A stretch of DNA of 64,000 nucleotides, from contig CAZPVP010000002.1 of assembly GCA_964590345.1 (NCBI GenBank), forward strand, positions 9,945 to 73,944. Reading direction: 5' to 3'. Each line of letters begins with the position of its first letter. Within the stretch, counting starts at the first letter, position 1. The stretch is from an uncultured Gammaproteobacteria bacterium (GTDB lineage Bacteria > Patescibacteriota > Patescibacteriia > CAIXNZ01). This document shows positions 10,044-19,099 of this stretch, piece by piece. A program made the position numbers and the translations under genes. The notes below the pieces were generated by a model. That model was not told where the DNA came from. It made no database searches and worked only from the letters and a program-made list of their open reading frames with translations.

Positions 10044-13000
10044 CTATATTAATTTGACAAACCTAACTTCCGGCACACTGTTCAATTCTTTCTGCAAAAC
10101 TGGATCATCAAAATTGGCGTAAAAATTGGTTTCTATTTTTCTGAATCGTTCATTATCTATAGGCACCGCCAAAAAAATTTTATTTTCACCAGAATTAGCG
10201 CTTAAAATTTTATTAAGCTTAGAAATTGTTTCAGCTGTAACAACTTTTTTGAAAAAAATATAAAAATGTTTAGTTTGCTGCTGCATTTTGACGTTAAGTT
10301 TCTTAAGCTTGGCTTTTAACTCTGAAAGGATTTCTAAACTTAAAGTTTTTACTTCATTACAAATAATTTTATGATCACCATCTTTGTCTGAAACAACACC
10401 GCTTATAATCACCAAGTTATTTTCAACCCATTCTTCCTTAGTTGAATTATAAACACTGGGAAAGACTATTGTTTCAATACTATCATAAGTATCTTCAATC
10501 TTAACAAAAAGCATTATTTCACCTCTTTGAGTTATAACTTTTTTAATACTGTTAATCACTCCAGCAATTCTAATATTGCCTAAGCTCTTAGCTTTTTTAA
10601 CGTTTTGGGTTGTAACTATATAATCTTTTAATTCCTGCTGAAAATCGCTAAAAGGATGATCCGAAATATAAAGTCCCAATAATTCCTTTTCCCAGGCTAA
10701 AGCATTTTTTTTCGCTACCGGCTGGAATTTTTCCAATTGTAAACTATGTTTAGCTTTCTCCTCAGTTAAATCAAATAAACTATCTTGATTTATTTGAATC
10801 TCATTATGAACGGTTTTTATAAAATTTAATAATTTATCTATATTCATTAATATTTCATAACGATCACCAAATTGATCCAAGGCGCCGCTTTTAATTAAAC
10901 TTTCTAAAGATTTTTTATTTAAATCTTTATCCTTAATCCGAATTAAAAAATCCTCCAAAGATTGAAAATGACCATTAGCTTTTCTTTCATGAATAATTGC
11001 TTTAGTTAAATTCAGGCCAACATTTTTAATTGCTGAAAGACCGAATCTAATTCTCGGCTTTCTTTCTTTCAAACTTTCAGCCACAACAGTAAAACGAGTA
11101 AAGCTTTCATTAATATCAGGAGCTAAAACTTCTATGCTCATAGTCCGGCACTCATTAACTTCCAAAGCAATTCGGTCAATATTATCTAAATCAGAAGTTA
11201 ATAATGAAGCCATGAATTCAACTGGATAATTGGCTTTTAAATATGCTGTCTGATAAGCGATCAAGGCGTAACAAGCGGCATGTGAGCGATTAAAACCATA
11301 GCCAGCGAATGGTTCAATAAAAGCAAATACATCTTTGGCTGTTTTTTTATCAATATTATTTTTTAAACAACCTTCGATAAATTTATTTTTCTGTTCAATT
11401 AATAATTTTTTAATTTTTTTGCCAACTGCTTTTCTTAAAACATCCGCTTCAGCCAAAGTAAAACCAGCTAATTCTCGGGCTATTTCCATAAGTTGCTCTT
11501 GATAAATTGCTACTCCATTAGTTTTTGCTAAAATTGGCTTTAATTTTTCATGCAAATAGCTTGGTTTTGTTCGGCCGTGCTTATTATTAATATATTGGGG
11601 GATTAATTCCATCGGTCCTGGCCGATATAAAGCAACCATTGCTATAATATCTTCAAATTCATTAGGCTTTAATTGTTTTAAATAGCGCTTCATCCCGCCT
11701 GATTCTAATTGAAAAACACCAGTAGTCTCGCCTTTTTGCAAAAGTTCAAAAGTTTTTTTATCTTTTAGCGGTAAATTATCTATATCAATTTTAACTCCGT
11801 GAATTTTTTCTACTGTTTCAATAGTATTTTCAATAATGGTTAAATTGCGCAAGCCAAGAAAATCCATTTTCAAAAGGCCCAAATCTTCAATCGGATGTAA
11901 AGAATATTGCGAAACAATGGCATTATCACTACTAGAAGAATACTGTAATGGCACATGATTGGTTAATGGTTCTGGTGTAATCAAAACGCCACAAGCATGA
12001 GTTGAAGCGTGACGGCAAACACCTTCCAATTTCATGGCATTATCAATTAATTCTTTGCAATCTTTATTGTTTTTATATTCGGTCTTTAATTCACTCACTT
12101 TATCTAAGGCGTCTTTCAATTTCATAGACATGGGAATCATCTTGGCAATTTTATCGCAATAACCATAAGGCAAACCCAATGCCCTGCCAACATCGCGAAT
12201 CGCAGCTCGCGCAGCCATTGTGCCAAAAGTAATAATCTGAGAAACATGCCTTTTGCCGTACTTTTCTTCAACATAATGAATAACATCATCACGTCGCATA
12301 TCAGCAAAGTCAGTGTCAATATCAGGCATAGAAATCCGGTCAGGATTCAAAAATCTTTCAAAAATCAAATCATAAGCTAAAGGGCCAATATTGGTAATCT
12401 TGGTTAAATAAGCAACTAAACTGCCAGCCGCCGAACCTCTGCCCGGGCCAACTACAATATCATTATCTTTAGACCAATTTATTAAATCAGCTACAATTAA
12501 AAAATACGAGGCATAACCAGTCTTTTGAATAACTGAAAGCTCGTACTCCAAACGATCTAAAATATCTTTTTTTCTAAATTCCTGAGTTTGTGATTTAGTT
12601 AAAATCTTTTTTTCATCAACTAACCATTCAAAATTGCCCTTTAATTCCCCGCCATAACGCTCTACTAATCCCTCATAACATAATTTTTTCAAATATTGAT
12701 CTGCGTTAAAACCATCCGGCACTTCAAAATGAGGCAGAACATTTTTGCCAAATTCAATCTCAACATTGCATCTATCGGCTATTTTTACGGTATTTTTAAT
12801 TGCTTCAGGATAATCTTTAAAATCTTTAACCATTTGTTTTGTTGTTCTCAAAGAAAATTCATCATTTAGCATGGACAAACGATTTGTCTCTCCTATTTTA
12901 CGATTAGTCTGAATGCACAATAAAATATCCTGGGCCTTTGCGTCTTCAGTATTTAAATAATGGGTATCATTTGTAGCCACAATACCCAAATCGTGTTTTT

Positions 13001-13586
13001 TAGCCAATTCAAATAATTTCTGATTGACAATTGCCTGTTCCGGTTCATTCGGGTGGTGCTGCAATTCCAAATATAAATTATTTTTGCCAAAAATTTTCAA
13101 ATATTTTTCTAAAACAGCTTCTATTTTAGAATCATCTTTATAAGATAATATAGCACTGGGCAGTTCGCCCTTTAAACAAGCAGTCAAGGCTATTAAGCCT
13201 TCTTTATACCTTTCTAAAGTTTCATAATCAATTCTTGGTTTATAATAAAAACCATCCAAATAAGCTTTAGATACTAGTTTTAATAAATTATGATAACCTG
13301 TCTTGTTCTCAGCCAATAAAATCAAATGATAATTATCTTCATCTATTTTTGATCGTTTATTTAAAATACCATAAGGCGCTACATAAGTTTCCACGCCAAT
13401 AATTGGTTTTATGCCGGCTTTTTTAGCTTTTTGGTAAAATTCAATAATACCATACATTGAACCATGGTCGGTTAAAGCCATTGCTGGCATGCCATTAGCC
13501 ACTGCTTTGGCTATTAAATCATCAATTTTAGCCATACCATCAAGTAGGCTGTAATGGCTATGAACATGTAGCGGGACAAATTTCAT
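10044..13586 (-). CDS. dnaE: DNA polymerase III alpha subunit
   Basis: PHP domain at the N-terminus (LHVHSHYSLLDGMAKIDDL). 1180 aa, with polymerase core and OB-fold regions. Confidence 0.95.
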   Translation of the reverse strand: MKFVPLHVHSHYSLLDGMAKIDDLIAKAVANGMPAMALTDHGSMYGIIEFYQKAKKAGIKPIIGVETYVAPYGILNKRSKIDEDNYHLILLAENKTGYHNLLKLVSKAYLDGFYYKPRIDYETLERYKEGLIALTACLKGELPSAILSYKDDSKIEAVLEKYLKIFGKNNLYLELQHHPNEPEQAIVNQKLFELAKKHDLGIVATNDTHYLNTEDAKAQDILLCIQTNRKIGETNRLSMLNDEFSLRTTKQMVKDFKDYPEAIKNTVKIADRCNVEIEFGKNVLPHFEVPDGFNADQYLKKLCYEGLVERYGGELKGNFEWLVDEKKILTKSQTQEFRKKDILDRLEYELSVIQKTGYASYFLIVADLINWSKDNDIVVGPGRGSAAGSLVAYLTKITNIGPLAYDLIFERFLNPDRISMPDIDTDFADMRRDDVIHYVEEKYGKRHVSQIITFGTMAARAAIRDVGRALGLPYGYCDKIAKMIPMSMKLKDALDKVSELKTEYKNNKDCKELIDNAMKLEGVCRHASTHACGVLITPEPLTNHVPLQYSSSSDNAIVSQYSLHPIEDLGLLKMDFLGLRNLTIIENTIETVEKIHGVKIDIDNLPLKDKKTFELLQKGETTGVFQLESGGMKRYLKQLKPNEFEDIIAMVALYRPGPMELIPQYINNKHGRTKPSYLHEKLKPILAKTNGVAIYQEQLMEIARELAGFTLAEADVLRKAVGKKIKKLLIEQKNKFIEGCLKNNIDKKTAKDVFAFIEPFAGYGFNRSHAACYALIAYQTAYLKANYPVEFMASLLTSDLDNIDRIALEVNECRTMSIEVLAPDINESFTRFTVVAESLKERKPRIRFGLSAIKNVGLNLTKAIIHERKANGHFQSLEDFLIRIKDKDLNKKSLESLIKSGALDQFGDRYEILMNIDKLLNFIKTVHNEIQINQDSLFDLTEEKAKHSLQLEKFQPVAKKNALAWEKELLGLYISDHPFSDFQQELKDYIVTTQNVKKAKSLGNIRIAGVINSIKKVITQRGEIMLFVKIEDTYDSIETIVFPSVYNSTKEEWVENNLVIISGVVSDKDGDHKIICNEVKTLSLEILSELKAKLKKLNVKMQQQTKHFYIFFKKVVTAETISKLNKILSANSGENKIFLAVPIDNERFRKIETNFYANFDDPVLQKELNSVPEVRFVKLI

Positions 13587-13730
13587 AATGATACTAATTT
13601 ATGCCGCCTTTGGCGGCACACCGCCAAAGGCGGTGGCAAATAAAATACAAATATACGAATATTCGTATATTCGTAAGAATTAGTATTTCGTAAATATCTA
13701 ATCGTTTATATATAAATTATATCCTAATTC

Positions 13731-15185
13731 TCAGCCTTTCACAACGCCCAATGGATACATTTGAGCTACTTTCTTAGCTAAACCAGCTTTAAAAACAATT
13801 TCGACCACATTATCAATATCTTTATAAGCCAAAGGTGCTTCTTCAGCAATATCAGAAAAAGAAGCACAACGCACTAAAATGTTTCTTTTTTCTAATGCAT
13901 CTTTAACCTCACGGCCAGAAACCCGTTTTTTAGCTGAAGTTCGGGACATTCTTCTACCCGCGCCATGGCAAACCGAACCAAATGTTTCTTCTTCTGCCTG
14001 CTTGGTGCCAGCCAAAATAAAAGAAGAAGTACCCATACTACCAGGTATAAGTATTGGCTGGCCTACTTTTAAATAATCTTTAGGAATATTTGGATTATCA
14101 GGGCCAAATGCCCGGGTTGCACCTTTACGATGCATACAGACTACAGTTTCTTTATCGCCAATTTGATACTTTTCTTTTTTTGCCATGTTATGAGCTATAT
14201 CATAAACGAGTTTTAAATTAGCCTTCTCAGCAAAATCTTTGCCTAATTCATCCTTAAAAACATCCCTGGTCAAATAAGTCAAATATTGCCTGTTATTCCA
14301 AGCAAAATTAGCAGCAGCGCTCATCGCCGAAAAATAATTTTTACCTTCTTGTGAATCCAATGGCGCATAGATCAATTCACGATCAGGCAATTGCAAATCC
14401 CATTCCTTTAGTTTTTTATTCAAAATCTTAATATAATCAGTACAAACTTGATGGCCAAAACCGCGTGAACCAGTATGAATCATGACCACTATCTGATTTT
14501 CAAAAAGGCCAAAAACTTTAGCAATTTCCTGATCAAAAATTTTTGCTACATATTGAACTTCTAAAAAATGATTGCCAGAACCTAATGTGCCAACCTGATC
14601 ATGCCCTCGCTTTTTAGCCTGATCAGAAACTTTATCAGGATCAGCCGCTTTAAGCCTACCGCTTTCCTCGCAATGCTCTTTATCTTCTCTTGAGGCAAAC
14701 CCTTTTTTTATCGCCCAGTCAATTCCCTCGCTTAAAACCTGATCTAATTCCTTTTGGTTTACTGATAATTTGCCGCTTTTACCTAAACCGCTTGGCACAG
14801 TATCGTATAAAGCATCAATCAATTTTTCAAATTTTGGCTCTAATTCAGACTTTGTAATCTGACTAGCTAAAAATCTAACACCGCAATTAATATCATAACC
14901 AACGCCGCCCGGCGAAATTACGCCGCCATCCCATTTAATCGCTGCCACACCGCCAATCGGGAAACCATAGCCCTGATGAATATCAGGCATGGCTAAAGCG
15001 TATTTTAAAATACCCGGCAAAGTAGCCACATTAATTGCCTGCTCCAAAGAACGATCTTCCATAATCAAATCCAGCATTTTTTCATCACTATAAATCCTGG
15101 CCGGCACTTTCATGTCAGAGCGAAAACTCTTTGGGATTTCGTATATTACTTCTGAAATTTTCTGTAATTTTTCTTTATTAATCAT
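13731..15185 (-). CDS. rtcB: RNA-splicing ligase RtcB
   Basis: RtcB motifs: HQGYGFPIGGVAA, GYDINCGVR and the HTGSRGFGHQV metal site. The start is set at the internal MINKEK codon because the longer ORF-track start overlaps the archease gene. Confidence 0.9.
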   Translation of the reverse strand: MINKEKLQKISEVIYEIPKSFRSDMKVPARIYSDEKMLDLIMEDRSLEQAINVATLPGILKYALAMPDIHQGYGFPIGGVAAIKWDGGVISPGGVGYDINCGVRFLASQITKSELEPKFEKLIDALYDTVPSGLGKSGKLSVNQKELDQVLSEGIDWAIKKGFASREDKEHCEESGRLKAADPDKVSDQAKKRGHDQVGTLGSGNHFLEVQYVAKIFDQEIAKVFGLFENQIVVMIHTGSRGFGHQVCTDYIKILNKKLKEWDLQLPDRELIYAPLDSQEGKNYFSAMSAAANFAWNNRQYLTYLTRDVFKDELGKDFAEKANLKLVYDIAHNMAKKEKYQIGDKETVVCMHRKGATRAFGPDNPNIPKDYLKVGQPILIPGSMGTSSFILAGTKQAEEETFGSVCHGAGRRMSRTSAKKRVSGREVKDALEKRNILVRCASFSDIAEEAPLAYKDIDNVVEIVFKAGLAKKVAQMYPLGVVKG

Positions 15186-15207
15186 ATATATTAAATTACT
15201 AATCTTA

Positions 15208-15615
15208 TTATATATCAAAAACAACCTCAAACAGCCACTGCCCATCTTTCTCCTCAATTTTTAAATCATTATAAGTAACTGCTTTTATATCTAATTTGAT
15301 TCTCTTGACTTTATAGCCTTTTATACCACCTGTTATTTTGTAATCAGAAATATTTAATCTGTAATCCGTATATATCTCGTCATTGGTATCACTCAAATAA
15401 AGCAACTGGCTTAAAAAATCCACCAAAAGTGAATCTAAATCAACTGATTCAATTTTAATTTTCCTTTCAACTTGCTGATCTTTTAATAAATTATCTTCAT
15501 CAACAATATTATCAAACATGCCAATAGCCATATTAGTAAAAACTTCCCCCTTTGTCTTACCAAAAGCACGAATTTTTAAATCAGCTGTATGTTCTAAGAG
15601 CTCGTATTTTTTCAT
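15208..15615 (-). CDS. archease (RtcB activator)
   Basis: N-terminal LEHTADLKIRAFG archease signature. 135 aa. Immediately upstream of rtcB. Confidence 0.85.
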   Translation of the reverse strand: MKKYELLEHTADLKIRAFGKTKGEVFTNMAIGMFDNIVDEDNLLKDQQVERKIKIESVDLDSLLVDFLSQLLYLSDTNDEIYTDYRLNISDYKITGGIKGYKVKRIKLDIKAVTYNDLKIEEKDGQWLFEVVFDI

Positions 15616-15709
15616 AAATATTTCTCCGACAAGGAATATAAAACTTAAGTTTTATCTAGCTTTATAAATTAGGTAAGGCTAAAGCCTTACACTTCTTGCC
15701 TGAATATTT

Positions 15710-16552
15710 TTAAATTAAAAACGAAACCAAAAAACCAATCAAAGTACCAGAAACAATTGGCGGTAAGCCCGGCATTGGCGCTCGTTTTTTTTGACTAATA
15801 AAAAGTATATAAAGAAAAATAAAACCGCAGACTGCGCCTAAAAGTGTAGTTAAACTAGTTAAATAACTTATCTTCAAGCTAGACACGACTAAAATTGCTG
15901 GCAAAACCAAATCGCCAGTACCTAAAAACATAAATTCTGTATCAGGGCTAACATCTTTCATTTTTTTAAATAAACCATGAAAATTTTGCGGAATAATTAA
16001 AGCAAAATGGATCTTGGCTTCTGCCATGCTTTTAAACATTTTTACCATATGTTTAGTTTTATAAACTGCCCAATAGTCATAAACTGCTAAAATAAGCAAA
16101 ACCAAAACAGCTGCGCTAGGCATTAAATTCAAACCAAAAACAGCTGAAATTGCACTAATAGTCAAAATTATAACAAAATTATGAGCCAAAACATTACGAT
16201 AAAACAACCAAACGATTAAAAAAAAGGCTAAAATATACAAAAAATCAGGCCAATCAAAATAAGCCCGACAAAAAATCAAAAGCCCTTCAAAAACCGCCAA
16301 ATAGAACAAACCTTTTATTATCCAGGGATTTTTAAAATATTTTAAAATAAGTAATAAAATTACTGTAGCAATAATAAAAAGAATTAAAAATGTCCAAACA
16401 GAAAACCCCCCTTCTGTAGCAATAGCTTGTTTCGCTGGTATTTTAGCGATAATATTTAAAGCTACGCCAATAGCTAAAAACAAAGTAAAAGCAAATAAAA
16501 AAAGCTCTAACAAAAAACTAAAAATAAAAAAGTGTCTGATACTTAATTTCAT
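15710..16552 (-). CDS. polytopic membrane protein with YD / GxGD motifs (presenilin/SPP-like intramembrane aspartyl protease candidate)
   Basis: About 8 TM helices. LAVYDYW lies in one helix and FLGTGDLVLPA in the next, matching the YD...GxGD catalytic pair of A22-type proteases. Confidence 0.4.
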   Translation of the reverse strand: MKLSIRHFFIFSFLLELFLFAFTLFLAIGVALNIIAKIPAKQAIATEGGFSVWTFLILFIIATVILLLILKYFKNPWIIKGLFYLAVFEGLLIFCRAYFDWPDFLYILAFFLIVWLFYRNVLAHNFVIILTISAISAVFGLNLMPSAAVLVLLILAVYDYWAVYKTKHMVKMFKSMAEAKIHFALIIPQNFHGLFKKMKDVSPDTEFMFLGTGDLVLPAILVVSSLKISYLTSLTTLLGAVCGFIFLYILFISQKKRAPMPGLPPIVSGTLIGFLVSFLI

Positions 16553-17014
16553 GGCTTTATTATAACATTAAAACTAAAAATGTTATAATAATAAAAAGCT
16601 CCCCGAATTTTGAGGAGCATACAAATAATGAAAGAACCTTGATCACGCAGTCGCCTCGAGCATTAAAGGCGAGCATTCTCCTGATTTTTAGGCGATTGAC
16701 AAGCATAAAAAGTTTAATTTTCGCTAAGGGGCTTCATAGGTTTTCACCTCCACCCCAGAACTAATTATTTAAACTCCCAGGAGCACAGCTTGTCTTAAAT
16801 GGCGATTTGAGCCTAACGAACAAAATATGATATTCTTGTTCATTGAGCTAATGCCCTATAAAAACGCGATCAAGATTCAATTATTATGAAGTATAGCATG
16901 TTTTATTAGTTTTGTCAAGACATGAATGGCAAAAACCGCCTCAATATCAATGGCCTAGCCGCTCCAATAGTCAATATTTATATAAAAAATTAAAAACTAA
17001 ATTATAATTAAATT

Positions 17015-17662
17015 ATGGTATTTAAAAATCGCCAAGAAGCCGGCCAAAAACTGGCTGAAAAATTAAAAGAATTTAAAAATAAAAAAGATACTATAATCCT
17101 TGCCCTGCCTCGTGGCGGAGTCATTAATGCTTTTGAAATTGCTAAAGAATTAAACTTGCCACTTGATTTGATTGTGCCACGCAAAATTGGCGCACCCTTT
17201 AATGAAGAATATGCGATTGGCGCTATTACTGAAAGCGGTGAAGGGATTTTTGACCAACAGGCCATTGCCAGTTTAAATGTAACAAAAGATTATTTAGATA
17301 AAAAAGTAGCTGAAGAGAAAAAAGAAGCCCAGCGACGTTTAAAAACTTATCGCCAAAACCAACCACCTTTAGATTTAAAAAATAAAACAGTAATTATTGT
17401 TGATGATGGTATTGCTACGGGATTAACTATGCGAGCAGCAATTAAATCAATTAAAGAAAAAAAAGCAAAAAAAATTATTGTAGCAGTGCCGGTTTCAGCC
17501 CGAGATTCCCTCAAAATAATAGAAAAAGAAGCGGATCAGGTTATCTGCATAGATGCACCTTTATTTTTCGGTGCTGTTGGTGCTTTTTATGAAGATTTTG
17601 GCCAAACAGAAGATAAAGAAGTTATTGACTTAATGGAAAAATCTAAAAATTTCGGCAAATAA
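17015..17662 (+). CDS. phosphoribosyltransferase-domain protein (COG1926-like)
   Basis: PRPP-binding motif VIIVDDGIATGLTMRAA. 215 aa. Confidence 0.7.
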   Translation: MVFKNRQEAGQKLAEKLKEFKNKKDTIILALPRGGVINAFEIAKELNLPLDLIVPRKIGAPFNEEYAIGAITESGEGIFDQQAIASLNVTKDYLDKKVAEEKKEAQRRLKTYRQNQPPLDLKNKTVIIVDDGIATGLTMRAAIKSIKEKKAKKIIVAVPVSARDSLKIIEKEADQVICIDAPLFFGAVGAFYEDFGQTEDKEVIDLMEKSKNFGK

Positions 17663-17663
17663 T

Positions 17664-18047
17664 ATGATAGAAAATGAATTAAAATCTTTAATCAAGAAAA
17701 TAGTCAAAGAAGCAAATGCTTTAAAAGATAAATATACTGAACAAAAAGGAATTAAAGTGGGTTATGCTTGCATATTTTCACAGAATCAAACTGAATTCGA
17801 GGAACTCTATGAATCAGCACAAAAAATAGGGAATATTATAAAATTAACTATAACTGGTCCTGTTTTTAAAATTTATCCTCTCACCACAGTTGCAGGCAAA
17901 TTACGTGTCCTTAAAATTCGCCTCCCAGATCCTACACGAACTGAACGGGGTGATGCGGATTTTAATGTGCCAAATTATAATTCTTTTAAAAAAATTAATC
18001 TTCAGAAACCAGAAATTAAACTTACCCCCGTGATACTTTTGAAATGA
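17664..18047 (+). CDS. hypothetical protein, translationally coupled to the PRTase
   Basis: 127 aa ORF that starts 2 bp after the upstream stop. Confidence 0.4.
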   Translation: MIENELKSLIKKIVKEANALKDKYTEQKGIKVGYACIFSQNQTEFEELYESAQKIGNIIKLTITGPVFKIYPLTTVAGKLRVLKIRLPDPTRTERGDADFNVPNYNSFKKINLQKPEIKLTPVILLK

Positions 18048-18168
18048 TTGAACTGACTGAACCTTAGAAAAATATACGCGTATATTTTTCTAATCCCCCC
18101 GTAGAAAAACAGTTAAATCTTTCTTAATTTTTCTTTTCAATAAAAAATTTCAAAATTATTAATAAATT

Positions 18169-19059
18169 ATGTATTTATATTCCCTACCCAATACACAAAA
18201 ACTTGCCAAGCAAATTTGCGCAAAGACAAAATTAAAACTTGGCAGATATGAAACCAAACATTTTAGTGACGGAGAGCTTTATTTGCGTCTTAAAAATAAA
18301 GTGAAAGGAAAAAATGTTTTTATTATAGGCTCAACCTGCCCGCCACATGAAAATATAATTAAAATATTAATATTGATTAATGCACTCAAGGAAAATGGAG
18401 CAAAAAAAATCACAGCCATTATCCCCTATTTTGGTTATGCCCGCCAAGATAAAATTGATCAGCCAGGCGCGCCAATTACTGCTAAACTTTTGGCAAATTT
18501 ATTAAAAAAAGCCGGTGTAAATAAATTTATAACCATTGATATCCACAGTAAACGTGATCAAAAATATTTAGGTCCTAATTTAAAAAACTTAGATCCCTTA
18601 AAAATTTTTGCTGATTATATTAAAAAAAATATTGGTTTAAAAAATGCCATTATAGTTGCTCCTGATAATGGCGCCAAACCACGAGCTAAAAAATTTGCTA
18701 AATTATTAAATTCTTTACCGGTATTGGTCATGGAAAAAATCAGACCAAAACAAGAAACCGCCAAAATTTTAGAATTTAAAAAAAATGTTAAAGAAAAAAA
18801 TGTTATTATTGTTGACGATATGATTGCCACAGCCAGTACAATTACCGCCGCCTGCCTTAAACTAAAAAAACACAAGGCTAAAAATATTTATATTTTTGCT
18901 ACTCACGGCATTCTTTCCGGCCCAGCGCTTGAAAGAATCAAAAAATCCTTTGTAAAACAAGTCATTTTAACTGATACACACCCAATTTCTAAAGAAAAAC
19001 AAATCAAAAAAATTAAAATATTCTCAATAGCGACTTTATTAATAAAAAACTTGAAATAA
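18169..19059 (+). CDS. prs: ribose-phosphate pyrophosphokinase
   Basis: Prs signature PYFGYARQDK and the PRPP-binding loop VIIVDDMIATASTI. Confidence 0.9.
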   Translation: MYLYSLPNTQKLAKQICAKTKLKLGRYETKHFSDGELYLRLKNKVKGKNVFIIGSTCPPHENIIKILILINALKENGAKKITAIIPYFGYARQDKIDQPGAPITAKLLANLLKKAGVNKFITIDIHSKRDQKYLGPNLKNLDPLKIFADYIKKNIGLKNAIIVAPDNGAKPRAKKFAKLLNSLPVLVMEKIRPKQETAKILEFKKNVKEKNVIIVDDMIATASTITAACLKLKKHKAKNIYIFATHGILSGPALERIKKSFVKQVILTDTHPISKEKQIKKIKIFSIATLLIKNLK

Positions 19060-19099
19060 AAAAACACCCTTATCAAGGGCGTTTTAAAATTTGATTAAA

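Noticed and set aside
16739-16762. CACCTCCACCCCAG resembling the 3' acceptor end of tmRNA
   Set aside because: There is no preceding T-arm (GGTTCGA-like), no tag-peptide reading frame ending in LAA-stop, and no 5' acceptor partner. Treated as part of an unassigned structured region.
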